From the NCBI RefSeq assembly GCF_963921235.1, contig NC_086097.1, forward strand, positions 17,732,001 to 17,796,000: a stretch of DNA of 64,000 nt. The letters run 5' to 3'. The translations under genes and the position numbers were made by a program. The notes under the pieces are model-generated. The model had not been told where the DNA came from. It was given only the letters and a program-made list of their open reading frames with translations, and made no database searches. Numbering within the stretch: position 1 is the first letter of the stretch; each line of letters starts with the position of its first letter. Origin of the DNA: Mobula hypostoma (taxonomy: Eukaryota). Positions 37,232-49,904 of the stretch are shown piece by piece.

Positions 37232-39339
37232 GTAAGAAATATGCTAATGTTGTCCTTTTATGAACTGCTGGGTGAATAGAATATTAACTATATCAGCAAG
37301 TTTCTTATTTAGGATATTTGGCATTGATCAGATTATGTGAATAGTAACTCAAGTTCATAATTTATTTGCAAAATTCCAGCTGATGTTATCCAAAATATTC
37401 CTTATTTTTACTAGCACATCTCCTATCTAGAAGGATTATTGAGACATTATTGTCCAATATAATTATTTTTCCCCTCTTGCATAATGGCTGCTTGCTGAGC
37501 AATTGGTCAGTGACCCAATTAATTAGCTATCATTGGAATGCTGTTTGTACCAAAGCTCCCATAAGCATTTTATTTGTGGGTCACCGGTAAATCAGGAAGC
37601 ACAGGATGCCCAAATTATTGTACCCTGCAGAACCAGCTTTGCATGAGAGGCTTTGGGATAAGGATTAATATGGAGAGAGGAACTAAAGTCATCTGCTGGT
37701 TTATTAGTGGGGTAAAATCAATAATGTGTATATGGTCCCCAACTGAGAAGCCTCTGATAGAGCTAGAGAAATAAAGGGGATGTAACTGATGTTCCAGTGC
37801 CAGCTTAAATAATAATGAATCAAGCTTCTTGAGCATTGTAGAAGCCTGTTTCCTCAGAGGGTGGGGCGAGGAGGGCACATACACCGGAACAGACTATACT
37901 TGCATCTATGGTTAGACTTCCATATTTGTGTGGTATGTCACAAGATGCCACTATTCTTTATTGGGTTCCTCCATACGTTAGTACTTCAGATGTATGGAAG
38001 TATATTTTCGGACTTCATAATTAAAGTGGTGAATTCCTGATTTTTCAGCTATGGTTTATATTTCAAGGAAATTGTACTACAGTGCACAAATAATGTGGTA
38101 TCACACGATATATATTGCAGGTGTATATTCTTTCAAGTATATTTAACATGAATGATCAATGTGGACAAATTAGTTGCTCTAAAGTTGGGTACATATTCTG
38201 TAATATTTTAGATACAGTTCACACTAAAAGTGCATGGGGTGGGGGAAATGATATCTTTATTTCAATGGAATGTGGATTGTACCAAAGCAGACTTTGATAG
38301 GTTCCAGATTTTTTAATCAAATACGTTTAAATTTCTGCTGGGATCTGAACTTGCATATAATCATTAATTTATGCCCCTGGATTATTAGTAACATTACCAT
38401 TTTGTCAGGAAGCTCTATGATGTCATTTAATGTAAATTACACTGCTTCACAATTGAAAATATCTTCAGAGTCAGGTGCATCTAAACCTAATTAACTTCTA
38501 CTATGTGTTCTAACTTGATTTGATATTGACAAAAATAAATATAAAGTTCAAAGCTCAAGGTAAATTTATTATCAAAGTACATGTACAAACCTGAGATTTA
38601 TTTTCTTGTGGGCATTCACAGTAAATTCAAAAAACGATCAAATCAATGAAAGATCAAACACAATAAGACAGAAAAACAACAAATGTGCAAAAAGACAGCA
38701 AACTGTGCAGGTGCGAAAGGAGAAAATATATAACAATAATAAATAAATAATAAATATCAAGATCATGAGATGAAGAGTCCTTGAAAGTGAGTCCATAGGT
38801 TATGATAGTTTTCAAGGCGTCATGGTAAAATTGAAACCAATTTGCCATCAAGAGGGAAACATTCCTATATCTGGAGTCATATCTACACAAAGGAAGATTA
38901 TTGTGTTTGTTGAAGATCATTCGTGCTAGCCCCAGTATGAGCTCCTGACCAGTATCTTCAGCTGCTTCAACAATAGCCATGTTGCTGAGGATGCTGATGT
39001 TCAATTCCTCTTTACAGTTTCACAACATGTAAAGCAGTTCATGGCTGGCTGAGTGCAGATCTAACAATTCTTGAGTAACTGAACATCAGCCAGAACTAAG
39101 CAATCCACTGATTAGTGTTCCATCTATGGCACTAAAAATTCATTCCCTGATCTTAGTGCAGTAGTTGTAGCGTGTACTATCTACAAAATACATGCAAAAG
39201 GACATTACAAATTAATAACAGGAATAGACCTCATAACTTTTCAATCCTGCTTCACCATTCAGGATGATCATGGCTGAGTTGATTGTAAACCAAGCCCCGA
39301 ATTCTCTTCTACACGCTGTAAGCTTTCTTCACTTGTTAA

Positions 39340-40625
39340 TCAAACAGGTTTATTATCACTGATGTATGTCATGAAATTTGTTGTTTTGCAGCAGCAGTAC
39401 AATGTAACACTAAAAATTACAACAAATTTCAATGAGAATACATATAAAAATTAGTACAAGAAGGGAACAAAATAGTGAGGTGTTGTTCATGGGTTCATGG
39501 ACCGTTCAGAAATCTGATGGTGGAGTGGAAGAAGATGTTCCTCAAACAATTAGTGTGGGTCTTCAGGCTCCTGTACCTCTTCATTGATGGTAGTAATCAG
39601 AAGAGGGCATATCTGTCCTGGATGGTGAGCATCCTTCATGATGGATACCACTTCTTTGGGGCATCACCTTTTGAAGATTTCTTTTCTTCAGTGGTAAGAA
39701 ATCTAGCGCTGATGATGGAGCTCGCTGAATTTATGACCCTCTGCAGCTTTTTGCAATTGTGCACATTGGCACACCATACCAGAGGGTGGGACAACTAGTC
39801 AGAATATTCTTCACAGTACACCTGCAGAAATTTACTCATCTTTGCTTAGTCATACCAAATCCTTATAAAGTATAGCCACTGGCATGCCTTACTCACAATT
39901 GCATCAATATGTTGGGCTCAGGATAAATCTTCAGAAGTGTTGACGCCCAGGAGCGTGAAGTTGTTCACTGCTTACCCCTTAGTAAGAATTGCATTCATTC
40001 TACAAACGTTGAATTGTTGTTGCGACACTACACAACCAGCCAATCTATCTCACTCAACACACATAAAAGTTGCTGGTGAACGCAGCAGGTCGGGCAGCAT
40101 CTCTAGGAAGAGGTACAGTCGACGTTTCAGGCCGAGACCCTTGGTCAGGACTCACTCTTGTAGTTCTCCTTGTTACGGTCTGAAATTCTACCAAGATTTC
40201 TTGTGTCATTGATGAATCTATAGATGCTGTCTGAGCTGTGCCTAGCCTCACAGTGATGAGTGTAGACAGCAGAGCATTGAGCTATGCTTGCATCCTTGAG
40301 GTGCACCTGTGTTAATTGTCAGTGAGGAGATGTTGTTTCCCATCTAAACTGACTGGTCTCCTGATGAGGAAGTCAAGGAACTAGCTGCAGAGGGTGGTAC
40401 AGAGGCTCAGATTTTAAAGCTTGTTGATTAGTTCTGAGGGGATGATAGTGTTGAACATTGAGCTGTAATCGATAAACAGCAGTCTGACGTAGGTATTGCC
40501 CTTGTATGAGAGCCAGTGAGATTGCATCCACTATAGATTTGTTGTGGCAATAGGCTAATTGCAGTGCTCAGGCAGGAATTAATTCTAGCCACAACAAACC
40601 CCCTCAAAGCATTTCACCACAGTAG
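39340..40625 (-). mobile_element. Degenerate Rex1/Babar-type LINE with a Penelope tail inserted at about 40056-40152
   Basis: Same tail as 32896 (caggtttattatcactgatgtatgtcatgaaatttg). The insert is the reverse complement of the 1862-1960 tail. Confidence 0.7.
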
Positions 40626-41526
40626 ATATTTCAAAGTAATTATAGAAAGGGATAAGGATATCCTACAAATTTAAGTGTCATAACTGGGGACAGATGCCTA
40701 TTACTACATTAGAAAGAACCTGGCAACAATAGATTGGGGGAAGCTAATTGCAGGTAAATCTGACAATAAAAGTAACATAGTTAGTGTTCAGGGCAAATGT
40801 GTTTCTGTAAATTTAAAGTGATGTAGAGGTTTAATAAAGAAAAAGAAAGGAAGCACATGGTAGGTACAGAGCATTGAAAATGGGGAATGTCCTTCAGCAG
40901 TTTAGAGTGTAGAAGGTATTTAAGAAAGAAATTAGGAGGGCACACAGGAGCCACATAAAATCACTGGCAGATAAAGATTTTTTTTTAAAATCCCTAGTCA
41001 TTTTATAACTTTGTTAAGAGCAAGAGGTTAGCAAGGAAAGAATGGGACCCATTTGGGGCCAAAGAAGCAATCTGAGTGTGGAGCCAGAAGATACATGTGA
41101 GGCCTTAAATGAATAGTTTTCATTTCCATTCACTATTAAGAAAGACATTGTAGTTAAAAATTTAGTTAGGATGCTTAAATTCTGGGTAACTTAAAAAGGA
41201 GGAGACATTAAATATCAGAAAACAGCCTGATGAGATGTATCCCAGACTGCCGTAGGAAAGAGATTACTGGGGCACTGATGGTGATATTTAACTTGTCATT
41301 AGCCATGGATAAGGTCCCAGTTGACAGAAAAACAGCAAATGTACCTTTATTGAAGAAGAAATTGTCTGCTAAAAGATCTTTAACCTGAAACATTGACTGT
41401 TTTTTTCTTTCCACAAATACCACTTGATTGGCTAAGGTCTTTTTGCATTCTTGTTTTCTGTTTCAGATTCCAGCATCTACAGTTCTATTTGATTTCTGTA
41501 TCTGAAACTGAGTTTTTTTTTGACAG

Positions 41527-41652
41527 ACGTTGATGAATGCAGGGAAATCCCTCATCTCTGTAGCTACGGCCAATGTGAAAATACAGCAGGAAGTTATCGA
41601 TGCATTTGTTTGACAGGATTTGTGTTGAACCGACAAGGAACTGACTGTATAG
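41527..41652 (+). CDS. LTBP2: cbEGF exon, [42 protein letters not shown] (LTBP1-type sequence)
   Basis: Acceptor ttttttttgacag|, donor ag|gtaaag, 126 nt, phase 1-1. Has the cbEGF consensus DVDEC...C-x-N-x-x-G-S-Y-x-C. Confidence 0.93.
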
Positions 41653-43828
41653 GTAAAGTAGAAATTTGTTCCTGTGTTGCCAGTTATAATTACTTGCTAA
41701 AACAATGCATCATGAATGATATCTAAATTTAATTATGAGAGAAGAAATGTGAAGCAAATCCAAACATGAAATTCAACACACTGATCAATAAAAGCAACTA
41801 AGTACCAGATCAGCAACTTTTTGTCAGAATTGGAATTTTTTTTAACCAAAGGTCCAAATGTGTAGGCAAGGAAAGGTGGTGGAAGGAAATTATTACTGTG
41901 CCCTATGATAAGGGGAGGTGTTTTCCCTCAAGCTTCTGTTGAAAAAACAAAGGAAACAGGTGCTGAATGTATTTTTCAGTCTTTTGGACCCGTTTCAGTA
42001 TTCAATATCATAGCTAATCTGTGGCTTAGTGTTTTTTCTTTGGTTCACAGAAAAAAACACTAGAGTTTGGTTAACACTATATGTTAAACCATATTTTCAT
42101 TTGTTAACTTTATCCCTAATGTCTTCACTATCTGTTAACTCCCATTATGTTTTTCCATCTGTAATCATGAAGGCCAGTATATCACCTTTACAATTTCTTC
42201 TATTCATTATTTAGCCAATTTTTCTGCGCTCACTTCATTTCACATATTTAGTTCTCTGCCCTGCTTTAATTTAATGAAGTCAGTGAAAATTGTTCAGAAG
42301 CATGGATTTACCAGCCCTATTGCTCATTCTGTCCTTGGAACTTTGCAGAATATTCACTCTCAAGTGCCAATCCAAGTTTATTGAAGGCCCTTGTTGATTT
42401 TGTTTTTACCATGCCCACTGGTTGTTAGTTGCAGGATATCACCACTCTGCAGGGAGAAAAAAAAAACTTTCTCTGCTCATCCTTTACCTGTTGCCCAACT
42501 GTTTAAATCTACGTCCTTGATCATGGAACCATTTTTCTTCTATCCACCACAATTAAACCTCTTGGATCATATCTCCTTCCAGGCTTATTTTTCCCCAAGG
42601 AAAATACCCCAAGTTTCTCCAATTGAACCTTATAGCTGAAATTCTTCATCCTTGCTTTTGCCTTTTCCTTGATTCTGCACATAAGAAATGCATGATTTTG
42701 CTGGGTTTTCCTAATTTTTAATAATCTTATAAAATCTTGTAGTTCTTATGCTTTGCTGATGGGTTTGAAACCTCTAAATCTCAGATTATATTATGTTTAT
42801 GTTGGTTTTCATGTTGAATAGATTTTCAGATGACAGTTATGTAAATAGGTTACGGGAACTATGTGCTATACTCTAATAGATACAGAATTGTCTTTTTAGT
42901 TTATTTGTATACTGGTATATGGACGCTTAAAGGAACCTCTCCTAAAATTTGTACTTGAGCCAGTGCTGGCATGGACAACTAAAAGTTGTTGTTTCTGACA
43001 GGCAGTATTCTTTGGATCCATGAAAATGTAATGGTGTCCCAATAGGCTTGTATAGTACTGAGATAACTCCTAATCCAAAAAAGCTAATATGATCTCTGAA
43101 ACTAAACCAAACTGTTTTATAATGAGGAGATTAAAAAAATCTTCTTGCCCAAGTTTGAATATGGATCAATGAAATAATTTTACGAATATATTTCTCATTT
43201 AACTATTACAATTAAAATGGGATTTAATCAGGTCATTGTATTGTAAGCAAGTTGTATAAGCAATTAAAATAACTTTGGAAATACTGAATTACAGAACAAA
43301 TCTATCAAATCTGGAACGAAAAAGAAATGTAAGCACACTTTACTGAAAATGTGGGACTAAAGCAGCTCAGAGGTGACATTCCAGGATGAGCATTTGGTGT
43401 TTCTGGATCACTGATTCTGGGACATGGTTCAAATCCCAGCATGGCAGCTGGAGAATTTAGATTCAAGTAATTAAATACACCTGAAATACTAAAGAAAGGC
43501 TGCTCGCTGTCACTATGAAACTACCGGGCTTTTCTGAAATCTCATTTGCCCTACCAATGTCTTTCAGGGAAAGAAATTTGCCATTCTTATGTGGACTGGC
43601 CTACATTTACCTTTTGTGTGGTTAACTAAGGAAAATTTAATTTTGAATTATAAATGTCAGCATTGCCATTTATATCCACATTAATTGGAACAAAACAAAA
43701 ACATGTTGAAAGTAATAAATGAATCTACCTTGCTAGAAAAATTATGCTACATTATATACTATGAATCCATGACTTTATTTTGTTTTTCTATCACTAAATC
43801 AACTTGTCAATGACATCTGGATCTGAAG

Positions 43829-43957
43829 ATGTAAATGAATGTGATGCAGACCCATGTGAAGGAAATGGCCGTTGCATTAATATCGTAGGCACATACTCTT
43901 GTTCCTGCTTTACGGGCTATACATTAGTCTTTTCCCAAGACAAGTTAAACTGCCAAG
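43829..43957 (+). CDS. LTBP2: cbEGF exon, DVNECDADPCEGNGRCINIVGTYSCSCFTGYTLVFSQDKLNCQ (LTBP2/3-type sequence)
   Basis: Atypical acceptor ggatctgaag|, donor aag|gttagt, 129 nt, phase 1-1. Close to LTBP2 [33 protein letters not shown] (recalled). Confidence 0.92.
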
Positions 43958-46900
43958 GTTAGTGCTCATTTTACTGACAATGTTAAGCTAAAATTTCCAC
44001 ATTTCTCTTTTCCAGAAAATGTTTAATATGTTTCTCTACTAAATTGTGCAAGTGGAATAGAAAGTGCATGCCTGCTCTAACATGTATTTAGTGTTACTGA
44101 TCAAGAATGAATCCATTTGGAAATGGCATTTGCAGTAAACAGAATTGAATCTTTTTTATCTGCTAAAAGATTGTTGCATTTAATGATTATCCCAAATTAT
44201 GTACACCACTGAAAATTGTGACATTGGCCAAAATGTAGTTTAATATGGTGCTAGGTTAGTTTAAACCTAGGACAATGATGGAGAGCTTCTAGTGCCATTT
44301 ATGGAATGAGTCTCATTCTGAGGACATTGTTCCCTGTTAGTGTAAACACAGACTATGGGCTTTGAAAGGTGCCTAAAAGGCCTGTGATCAATGCCTAGTG
44401 TATTTGAAACATAAACTTGCTACATTCACATTTAGTACATGAGCTGGCATTCAGTCCTTAAGGAGCCTGTGATAGCTTCAGTTTGAGTTTAGCCAGAATC
44501 ATTAGGCACCTGATGTCATCTGATCAGAATCATTAGGCACAAATGGTCTGAGCCTGGACCAAAGAGCTCAGTCCAGAGGTGCAATAAGAATGATTGATTT
44601 TGACATCAAGGCAACATTTGATCTAGTGTGACATCATGGAGATCTTGTAAAACTGAAATCCGTAGGCATCAAGGGAATGGCTAGAGACACAGCTCACTCA
44701 AAGAAAGGTAGCTGTAGTTAGAGGTCAGTTTTTCCAGAACCACAATTTCATTGTAGGAGTTCCTCATATTGGTGTCTTTAGCCTAATTATCTCCAGATTT
44801 TCATCAATGTCCCTCCTTGATTTATAAGTGGGATATTTGCTGATGCTTGCTTTTGCAACTCAACAAGATCTGGACAGTATTCAGGCATGGACTGCTAAGT
44901 GGTCAGTAACAAACATGTCACAAGAGTGTAGAAAATAAGTATCTCCAACAAGAGTTTAACAACCATCCACGATCTTCAACAGAATTAATTTTGCTAAGTT
45001 CCCGCCATCAGCAATATGGGTGTTACCATTGACCAGACATTCATCCCGATACCACAAAAATATTTTGGTTACAATAACTTGCCTGACATTTCAAAGCATT
45101 TTCAGCATCTGCAAGGCACAAGTCAGGGGCATGACAACATACCCTCTCATTGCCTGGGTGAGTGTAGTTTCAGCATCACCCATGTATTCTAAGACTATCC
45201 GGAAGCGAGCAGTCAGTTATTATTCATTCTCTCCAACACTGGTATACCACGGTTGTTGTGTTTACAATTTAGAAAATTCACCAAGGTTACTCACCTAGGC
45301 TACCCTGATATCATCCCCTACCCTCCCTGACCCACTCTCTGACTCCTACCATTAAGGGAATCATCCTATGTTACTCAATATTCCTTCATTATCTGTAGGC
45401 TTAAATCTAGAAATTTGTAGCAACAGTACATATGCTAGAAGCACTGGAGTGTTTGAGGAAAAAGCTTCATCACCACTGTTCAGGCATAGTTAAGGTTGGG
45501 CACAAATGCTGGCACACATTATTAAAAATGAATAAATAAGGAAGTGGATAACATTTAAGCAGAACATGATATGTGATAGGAAATGGGCTCAAGTTTACTG
45601 AACTAAGTTTAGAAATATACAAGAAGACTGAAATAATATGCCTGGGGATTAAATATTGTGGACAAGTGTTTCAACAGCAGATGATCAGAAACTGAAGGCC
45701 TGTGGAAAATTGAAAGTTTTAGTTTTGCAAAGAATGTGAAGTCTGAAACTACCATCACGGATAATAACTATAAAAATAAATTCCATTTACATAGTACCTT
45801 CAATGTGGTAAAGGTTTCAAATTGCTTAATTAAAATGTTATTAAACCAGATTTCACATTAAACCAAGTGTATGAGAATGTAACACAAAGTTAAGTCTAAG
45901 AGGTAATTTTTAAGAAGCATCTTTAATGTTTTTGTGGGTGAAAATTTTAGAGCTAGTGGATAGGCAACTAAAGTACAGTGGTAAAATTGTAAATACATAC
46001 AAAATTAGAGCTCTCAGAGGAAGCATGTAGCACAGGAGAATGTTACAAGGAGGGGCTGAGGCTTGTAGGGTTTGAACCTATGAATGTGAAATTTAAAACT
46101 GAGGTTTCTTGGAGCAGTGGCCAGTAAAGACCTGTAAAGGCAAGCTAATGGGTGAACTGGGAATTGTGTGAATTAGAATTCAGGCAGATAATTTTGGCTG
46201 AGTTTAGGTTTATGCCAATGGGAGGTGGGGGCAGTAGAATAGAGAAGACCAACCAGTAGCCTGCTGAAAATCCCATGGACACTGTGAAGACTCAATCATT
46301 CAGCCCAGGGAGCAAAATTAGAATGAAATACTCACCAAAACTAATTATAAATGTCTAAGTTTTTATATAACTAAGATCACTTCCTAAACTTTCCCTGAAT
46401 GCTTATTCTATAGGTAGGGCTGTAAGAAGTTCTTTGCTTTCCAAAGACAGAATAAAATATAAGACATAATTTAACTTCTTACATAAACTTTGTTTTCTCA
46501 TCAATTTTATGCTTATTTGTATGATATATCTAATTTAAAGAATACTTTTTACGTAAAGTTGTTTAAATCGCTCACTCACATAATTTTACAAACTGCAAGG
46601 TTAAAGGTTACTCAGGACTTATAAGTCCATTGTGGTTATTTCCACATCACTTTTGAGCACTGTTACACATGTTGGCAGGAGCACACTCCTATAAATATTT
46701 TCTTTAATGGTTTTCAAATGTATTGCCTTCTTTAAAACATGAATTAGCACTGACAGATGTATTCGTATTATAATTAAACATACAAGCATAGCTTTAACAT
46801 GAAAAGTTAGCTCTCTTTAAAAAAAATCTGCATTTGTTTTGTAATTATCTATTAACCTTTGAAACGTTCCAAGTAAATGGCTTAGACTCCTGCCACAAAT

Positions 46901-47770
46901 CTTGTATTTAATTACTGATTTCATCTCCACGCTGACACCATCTTAGTTCAACTAAATTGTTTTCCATTTTATTTCCATCTTTAAAACAAAAGATGTTACT
47001 GCCAGATTGCAGATACTGTAAAGACCTTGCTTACATATCTTACATTGTTAGTTTTGGTGGGTATTTCATTTTTTTCCCACTGCATGGATTGAATGATAGA
47101 TTCTTCACAGTATCTATGGAGTTTTCGATAAATCATCTGCAACATCACAATTCAAACAGACCATTCCTCTTTTCTACATCCATTTCCATGTAATGCTCTG
47201 GGAAAACCAATGTATTTTGCTGTTCCTATTTTAGATTTCCCAACATGATCTTTAGCTTTCATTATCCCAATCATAGCCACAATTGTTGTTTTTAATAAAT
47301 GCTAGACAACATTCAGATATAGGATGATTAAAGGCAAGTTAAATTCATACCATTAACGGATCAGATAATTGCCAGCAGATCACATCCAGGACCTATAACC
47401 ATTTCATCTGCCATTTTAAATGATTCTGCAGATACTTGTCAACTCCTCATGCCGTTTTATTTTCAATCCATTTCAGTTCATAGTATTGTAGGTTCATAGC
47501 TGAAAAGTTTTATTTATTTGAATATTTCTCTCATGTTGCAGTTTTGATTAATAATCTCTTTTATTCTTTCCAGTCTCTCTTCCGTCATTCTCTGCTAGAG
47601 CTTTCCCATGTTTGAAAATCTGAATCTCCACAAATGCTGAAAAATTCCATGTATTTTTTTATAATCTTCTGTGTTTCTTTCTTTTTCTTTTATTCTCACT
47701 TGACATCCTGATTAAAATGCTTCCCCTTTCTAGTTTGACATTGGAATTCGATAATCAGTCTTCTGACTTC

Positions 47771-48606
47771 TAGCTAGAGTGCCTAAGACTTTTGCACAGT
47801 ACTGTAGTAATTGTATGTATTGCACTATACTGCTGCCACAAAGAAAAAAAAATTTCATGACATATTTAAGGCATCTGTTAGTCTTGCGAGACCATGGAAC
47901 TGGGTCTGGAAAGTCTTCACTCTCCAGGGCGCAGGACTGGGCAAGGTTGTATGGAAGACCTGTAGTTGCCCATGCTGCAAATCTCCCCTCTCCACGATAC
48001 CGATCTTTGTCCAAGGGAAGGGCAAGGGTTGATACAGCTTGGCACCAGTGTCGTCGCAGAGCACTGTATGGTTATGTGCCTTGCTCAAGGACACAACACG
48101 TTGCCTCGGCTGGGGTTCAAACTCACGACCTTCAGGTCGCTAGTCGAATGCCTTAACCACTTGGCCATATGCCCACATGACATATGTGAGTGATGATAAA
48201 CCTGATTCTGATATGGGTCTCTATTGTGGACTGAGAGTGGGAAGGGGAAAGGGATAGGGAAATCATGGTTGGGAAAAGGGGAAGGGAGAGGAGAGGAAGC
48301 AGGAAGCACCAGAGAGACATTCTTTAATGATCAATAAACCAATTGTTTGGAATCAAATGACCTTGCCTGATGTCTCAGAGCTGAGTGTGTCTGCATCGTG
48401 TCACCAACCCTCCCCCTGCCCCAGCACGCCTACTCTACCACCTGTCCCACCTCCACCCGTGGCACTCTACTCTTGCCATTTCCAACAACTTTTGCTCCTG
48501 CTAGATTTACTCTCTGCTCAACATCGGCAAATACGGTACAGTACTAAAACCTTAGGCACCCTAGCTATATACAGGTATGTACCTAAGACTTTTGCACAGT
48601 ACTGTA
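47771..48606. mobile_element. Composite Tc1-TIR repeat (copy 2) carrying a nested SINE
   Basis: tagctagagtgcctaagacttttgcacagtactgta ... tacagtac-taaaaccttaggcaccctagctatata...cctaagacttttgcacagtactgta. Confidence 0.7.
47866..48175 (-). mobile_element. tRNA-derived SINE, same family as 7448-7751
   Basis: A and B boxes on the minus strand. 10-bp TSD catgacatat (47856-47865, 48176-48185). Confidence 0.88.
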
Positions 48607-49904
48607 AATCATTTTTGCATTTTTTTCTTCTGAGAGGCACTGACTTGCTCTGTTTTCAGTGGCTTTAGGAATATTACTTAATCCTTAATAATCTCCCTTA
48701 ATAGCTGGCTTTCATTTAGCTTTAATGCTGCAAATATATTGATTACTCCTGGTGACAAGAGACTGCAGATACTGGAAATTGGATCAACAAACAAATTGCT
48801 GGAGAAACTCAGTGGGTCAAGCAGCATCAATAAAAGGAGATTGTCATTGTAGGTCAACATCCAAAATCCTGCAGGGGCAAAGTGGCCAGCATGGAGAGGG
48901 AAATAGGAGTGGCAAGAAAGGATTCCAAGATGATTAGAGAACTGAGGAGGGCTGTAAGATGAAAGGCAAGTGGTGCCAGGTAGGAGAGGTGAGCTGGGCT
49001 GGAGTTGGAAGACTGTAGCAGATGAATGATGGATGAAGGCAGAGTGAGGAGAGAGAAAATATCAGCAGGTGAAGCAAGGTGGAGGTGAGCGTGAAGATAG
49101 GAGACAGCTGCGGGGGTGGGGTGGGGGGGGGAAGATGAGCAAGAACACTAAGCTTTACCACAACTAGAGTCAGGTAAGTAGGGGAGATCAGGAACCATCA
49201 GTGGTGAAGGGAGAGGTTAACAATAGTTAGAAATAGGTAGAGATTTGCAATAAGGAGCAGAAACCTGTGGGTGAAGTGGGTGGATAGAACAAGGAGGAGA
49301 AATGAGAATAAGGGGGGCTGGAAGATGGGAAGGTGGCAAAAATGGGAGGACCAAAGGAGCAGAAGGAGAAGAATGGCAGAAAATGGTAGGGGGTGCAGAG
49401 AAAAGAAAGAGGGGAGTTTTCAAAATTTAAAAACTCAAATACATCCCATTGAGTTGTAAACTACCAATGCAGAATATAGACATCAAGAGATTCTGCAGAT
49501 GCTGAAAATCTTGAGCAACAGGCACAAAAATGCTGGAAGAACTCAGCATGTCTGGCAGCATCTATGGAGGAGAATAAACGGTGAGGTTTTGGGCAGAGAC
49601 CCTTCATCAGAATCAATGTCCCATCTATCCAGTGTCTCACCACAACTAAAGCTCCGGTCAATCTCCTATGCATCCTCTTTAGCAAACACACAAGCTTCCT
49701 AGAGTGTGCCAACCAGTATTACCCACAGTACTTCAAGGGTAGTTTTAATCAGTGTTTTGGAAAGTTGCAATATAACCTTCAAACTTTTAAACTCTCTGCC
49801 TTATAGCTTCTTCATCACCCTGTCTACCTGCATATGGACTTGAACCTCAGATTTCCCTGTACAAGAGCAATCCTTAGCACACCAGCATTTACTGTACATG
49901 TCCT

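Noticed and set aside
41520..41726. Stand-alone 68-aa EGF peptide gene
   Set aside because: The ORF is an exon plus intron read-through. Splice sites bound the real coding part at 41527-41652.
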